Assembly (NCBI GenBank): GCA_965116895.1
Contig: OZ220729.1
Span: forward strand, 1,882,122-1,946,121
Direction: 5' to 3'
From: Gammaproteobacteria bacterium
GTDB lineage: Bacteria; Pseudomonadota; Gammaproteobacteria; Steroidobacterales; Foliamicaceae
DNA length: 64,000 bases
Positions 62,246 through 64,000 of this stretch are shown here, one piece after another. The notes below the pieces were generated by a model. The model was not told the DNA's origin and made no database searches. It saw only the letters and a list, made by a program, of their open reading frames with translations. Position 1 is the first letter of the stretch; each line of letters starts with the position of its first letter. The translations under genes were made by a program, and so were the position numbers.

Positions 62246-64000
62246 ATGCAGAAACAGGCTCGAATTGTCATCGTCGGCGGCGGCATCATGGGCGTCGGCC
62301 TGCTGTATCACCTGGCGGCCGAGGGATGCGCCGACGTCCTGCTGATCGAGAAGGGCGAGTTGACTTCGGGCTCGACCTGGCACGCGGCCGGTCAATGCCC
62401 CAACCTGGTCGGCGACTACAACCTCGCCAAGATCCACGAATACAGCATTTCCCTGTACAGGAAACTGGAGCACCTGACCGGACAGTCGGTCACCTGGCAC
62501 GACTGCGGCAGCGTCCGCTTTGCCCTCACCGAGCAGGACCTGGACTGGTTCCGCTACCTGCGCGGGATCGCCGCGAATGTCGGTTACCACATGGAGATCG
62601 TGGACGTTGCAAAGATCGGCAAGCTGAATCCCTTTGTCTCGACCGAAGGCGTGCTGGCCGGCGCCTGGACCCGCAACGACGGCCATGCCGACCCGTTCGG
62701 GCTGACCCAGGCGATGGCGAAGGGAGCGCGCAGCCTCGGCGCCGGGATCGTGCGGCACAACCGGGTGATCGGGATTGAATCCATGCGCGGCGGAGAGTGG
62801 AAAGTGATGACCGAGCAGGGGCCGGTCATCGCCGAAACCGTTGTCAACGCAGCCGGCTGCTTCGCCCGGCAAGTGGCGGGGATGGTGGGAGCGGATCTTC
62901 CGATCTGCAACATCAAGCACCACTATCTCGTCTCCGGCCCGGTGCCGGAACTGGCCGGCAGAAGTGAAGAACTCCCCGTAACCCGCGACCCCTATGCCTC
63001 CGTCTACCTGCGCCAGGAGCAGGAGTCCGGCCTGATCGGCATCTACGAGTCCGAAGGGCTCAGCGAAGCCTGGCAGCCGGGCGGACTGCCGCCCTGGGAG
63101 TCCGACAGCGAGCTGTTCGAGGACGAACTCGAGCGCCTGATGCCCTGGCTGGAGCGGGCCATGGAGCGCATGCCGATCTTCGAACCGGCTGGCATCAAGC
63201 GGATCGTCAATGGCGCCATCTCCCACAGCCCCGACGGTCTGCCGCTGCTCGGCCCGGTGGCGGGCCTGAGCAATTTCTGGCTGTGCTGCGGCTCGTCGTT
63301 CGGCATTGCCCAGGGCGCCGGCTGCGGCAAGTACCTGGCCCAGTGGATGTTGCATGGCGATTCCGAAATCAACATGACCGGGTTCGATCCGCGGCGATTC
63401 GGAGTGTTTGCCGATGCCGGCTACATGAGCGCCAGGGGGCGCCAGGACTATGCCAGGACCTACGTCACTCCGCCTCCGGGGGAAGAACTGCCGGCGGCCC
63501 GCCGATGCCGGACCAGCCCCCTCTATGACAAGCTCAAGGCCCAGGGTTGTGTCTACACCGACACCTTCGGCTGGGAGCGGCCCAAGTGGTTCTCTCCCGA
63601 CGGCCGCGAGGAGCAATACAGCTTTCGACATAACAACGTGTTCGAGCTGGTGCGCGAAGAGTGCCTGGCCGTGCGCGAGCGGGTCGGCCTCCTGGACCTC
63701 TCCGGGTTCTCCAAGTACGACGTGACGGGTCCCGATGCCAGCACGATGCTGAATCGACTCTGCGCCAACCGTGTGCCGACAGCGGGCCGCATCGCGCTCA
63801 CCCACCTGCTGTCCGAGGGCGGGCGCATCGGCGCCGAAATGACCATCACCCGGCTGGACGACGAGACCTTCTACGTGCTTTCCGCCGCCGGCGCCGAACT
63901 GCGCGATCTCGACCACCTGACACAGGGCCGGCTCCCCACGGAGCAGACGCATGTGGCCAATGTCACCGACCGGCGGGGGGTCCTGGTGCTGGCCGGACCG
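62246..64000 (+). CDS. FAD-dependent dimethylglycine/sarcosine dehydrogenase-like protein with GcvT-type folate-binding domain (3' end outside the window)
   Basis: Not in the ORF track because it has no stop in the window. ATG 62246 is followed by 585 open codons to base 64000. MQKQARIVIVGGGIMGVGLLYHLA (dinucleotide fold), SGSTWHAAGQ (covalent-FAD His context of the DMGDH/SARDH family), and the later GcvT-like region (SPLYDKLKAQGCVYTDTFGWERPKWF, LLDLSGFSKYDV). Confidence 0.85.
   Translation, partial: MQKQARIVIVGGGIMGVGLLYHLAAEGCADVLLIEKGELTSGSTWHAAGQCPNLVGDYNLAKIHEYSISLYRKLEHLTGQSVTWHDCGSVRFALTEQDLDWFRYLRGIAANVGYHMEIVDVAKIGKLNPFVSTEGVLAGAWTRNDGHADPFGLTQAMAKGARSLGAGIVRHNRVIGIESMRGGEWKVMTEQGPVIAETVVNAAGCFARQVAGMVGADLPICNIKHHYLVSGPVPELAGRSEELPVTRDPYASVYLRQEQESGLIGIYESEGLSEAWQPGGLPPWESDSELFEDELERLMPWLERAMERMPIFEPAGIKRIVNGAISHSPDGLPLLGPVAGLSNFWLCCGSSFGIAQGAGCGKYLAQWMLHGDSEINMTGFDPRRFGVFADAGYMSARGRQDYARTYVTPPPGEELPAARRCRTSPLYDKLKAQGCVYTDTFGWERPKWFSPDGREEQYSFRHNNVFELVREECLAVRERVGLLDLSGFSKYDVTGPDASTMLNRLCANRVPTAGRIALTHLLSEGGRIGAEMTITRLDDETFYVLSAAGAELRDLDHLTQGRLPTEQTHVANVTDRRGVLVLAGP

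Noticed and set aside
62228-63952. 574-aa ORF on the minus strand, the only long ORF listed by the track for this interval.
   Set aside because: It is antisense to a much better gene: the plus-strand frame from ATG 62246 is open to the window end and encodes an FAD/GcvT dimethylglycine-dehydrogenase-like protein with clear motifs. The minus-strand product is Arg/Gly/Ala/Pro-rich with no recognisable domain. It is a shadow ORF of GC-rich DNA.

Overview
This is a GC-rich, gene-dense chromosomal segment; third codon positions are almost all G/C. Gene content looks like an aerobic proteobacterium, probably gammaproteobacterial, but the taxon cannot be fixed from the window alone. I can support about 51 protein-coding genes. 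I found no rRNA or tRNA genes, no CRISPR array, and no transposase, integrase or phage genes.

Layout:
- 1-4149: housekeeping genes (rmuC', rluB, scpB, scpA, apbC).
- 4235-11360: an uptake locus with two tandem GPH symporters, a TonB-dependent receptor (TBDR), a PhyH-type dioxygenase and an atypical alpha/beta-fold protein.
- 11332-17916: bolA-like, yciB, a translationally coupled POT transporter and ACE-like M2 peptidase, metG, and an RnfB-type ferredoxin.
- 18051-22514: a TBDR plus an OmpR/histidine-kinase pair.
- 22528-29821: a complete seven-gene alternative complex III operon.
- 29923-31455: an Aas-like adenylating enzyme.
- 31452-40698: a divergent locus with three Tat-signal cofactor enzymes (PLP, M24, FAD) around a peptide-type ABC importer.
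- 40735-44504: an operon of methyltransferase, small protein and TBDR.
- 44648-48048: an operon of two VOC proteins, a truncated CysD-like protein with no CysN, and CysC.
- 48164-52116: a TBDR divergent from a second atypical alpha/beta-fold protein plus a TauD-type dioxygenase.
- 52113-62059, minus strand: corrinoid protein, small protein, methyl-THF methyltransferase, MttB-family methyltransferase, TBDR, TPR-sulfotransferase and BCCT transporter.
- 62246-64000: a dimethylglycine-dehydrogenase-like gene, divergent from that string and open at the window end, so absent from the ORF track.

The most interesting candidates are:
- the quaternary-amine, corrinoid and sulfation gene set at 43-64 kb;
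- the Tat-exported enzyme locus;
- the twice-repeated pair of a 2OG-dioxygenase with an alpha/beta-fold protein that has His at the nucleophile position.

All family calls rest on motifs I recognise by eye. Start codons are often GTG/TTG and several are uncertain. Many long ORFs in the track are antisense shadow ORFs typical of GC-rich DNA.
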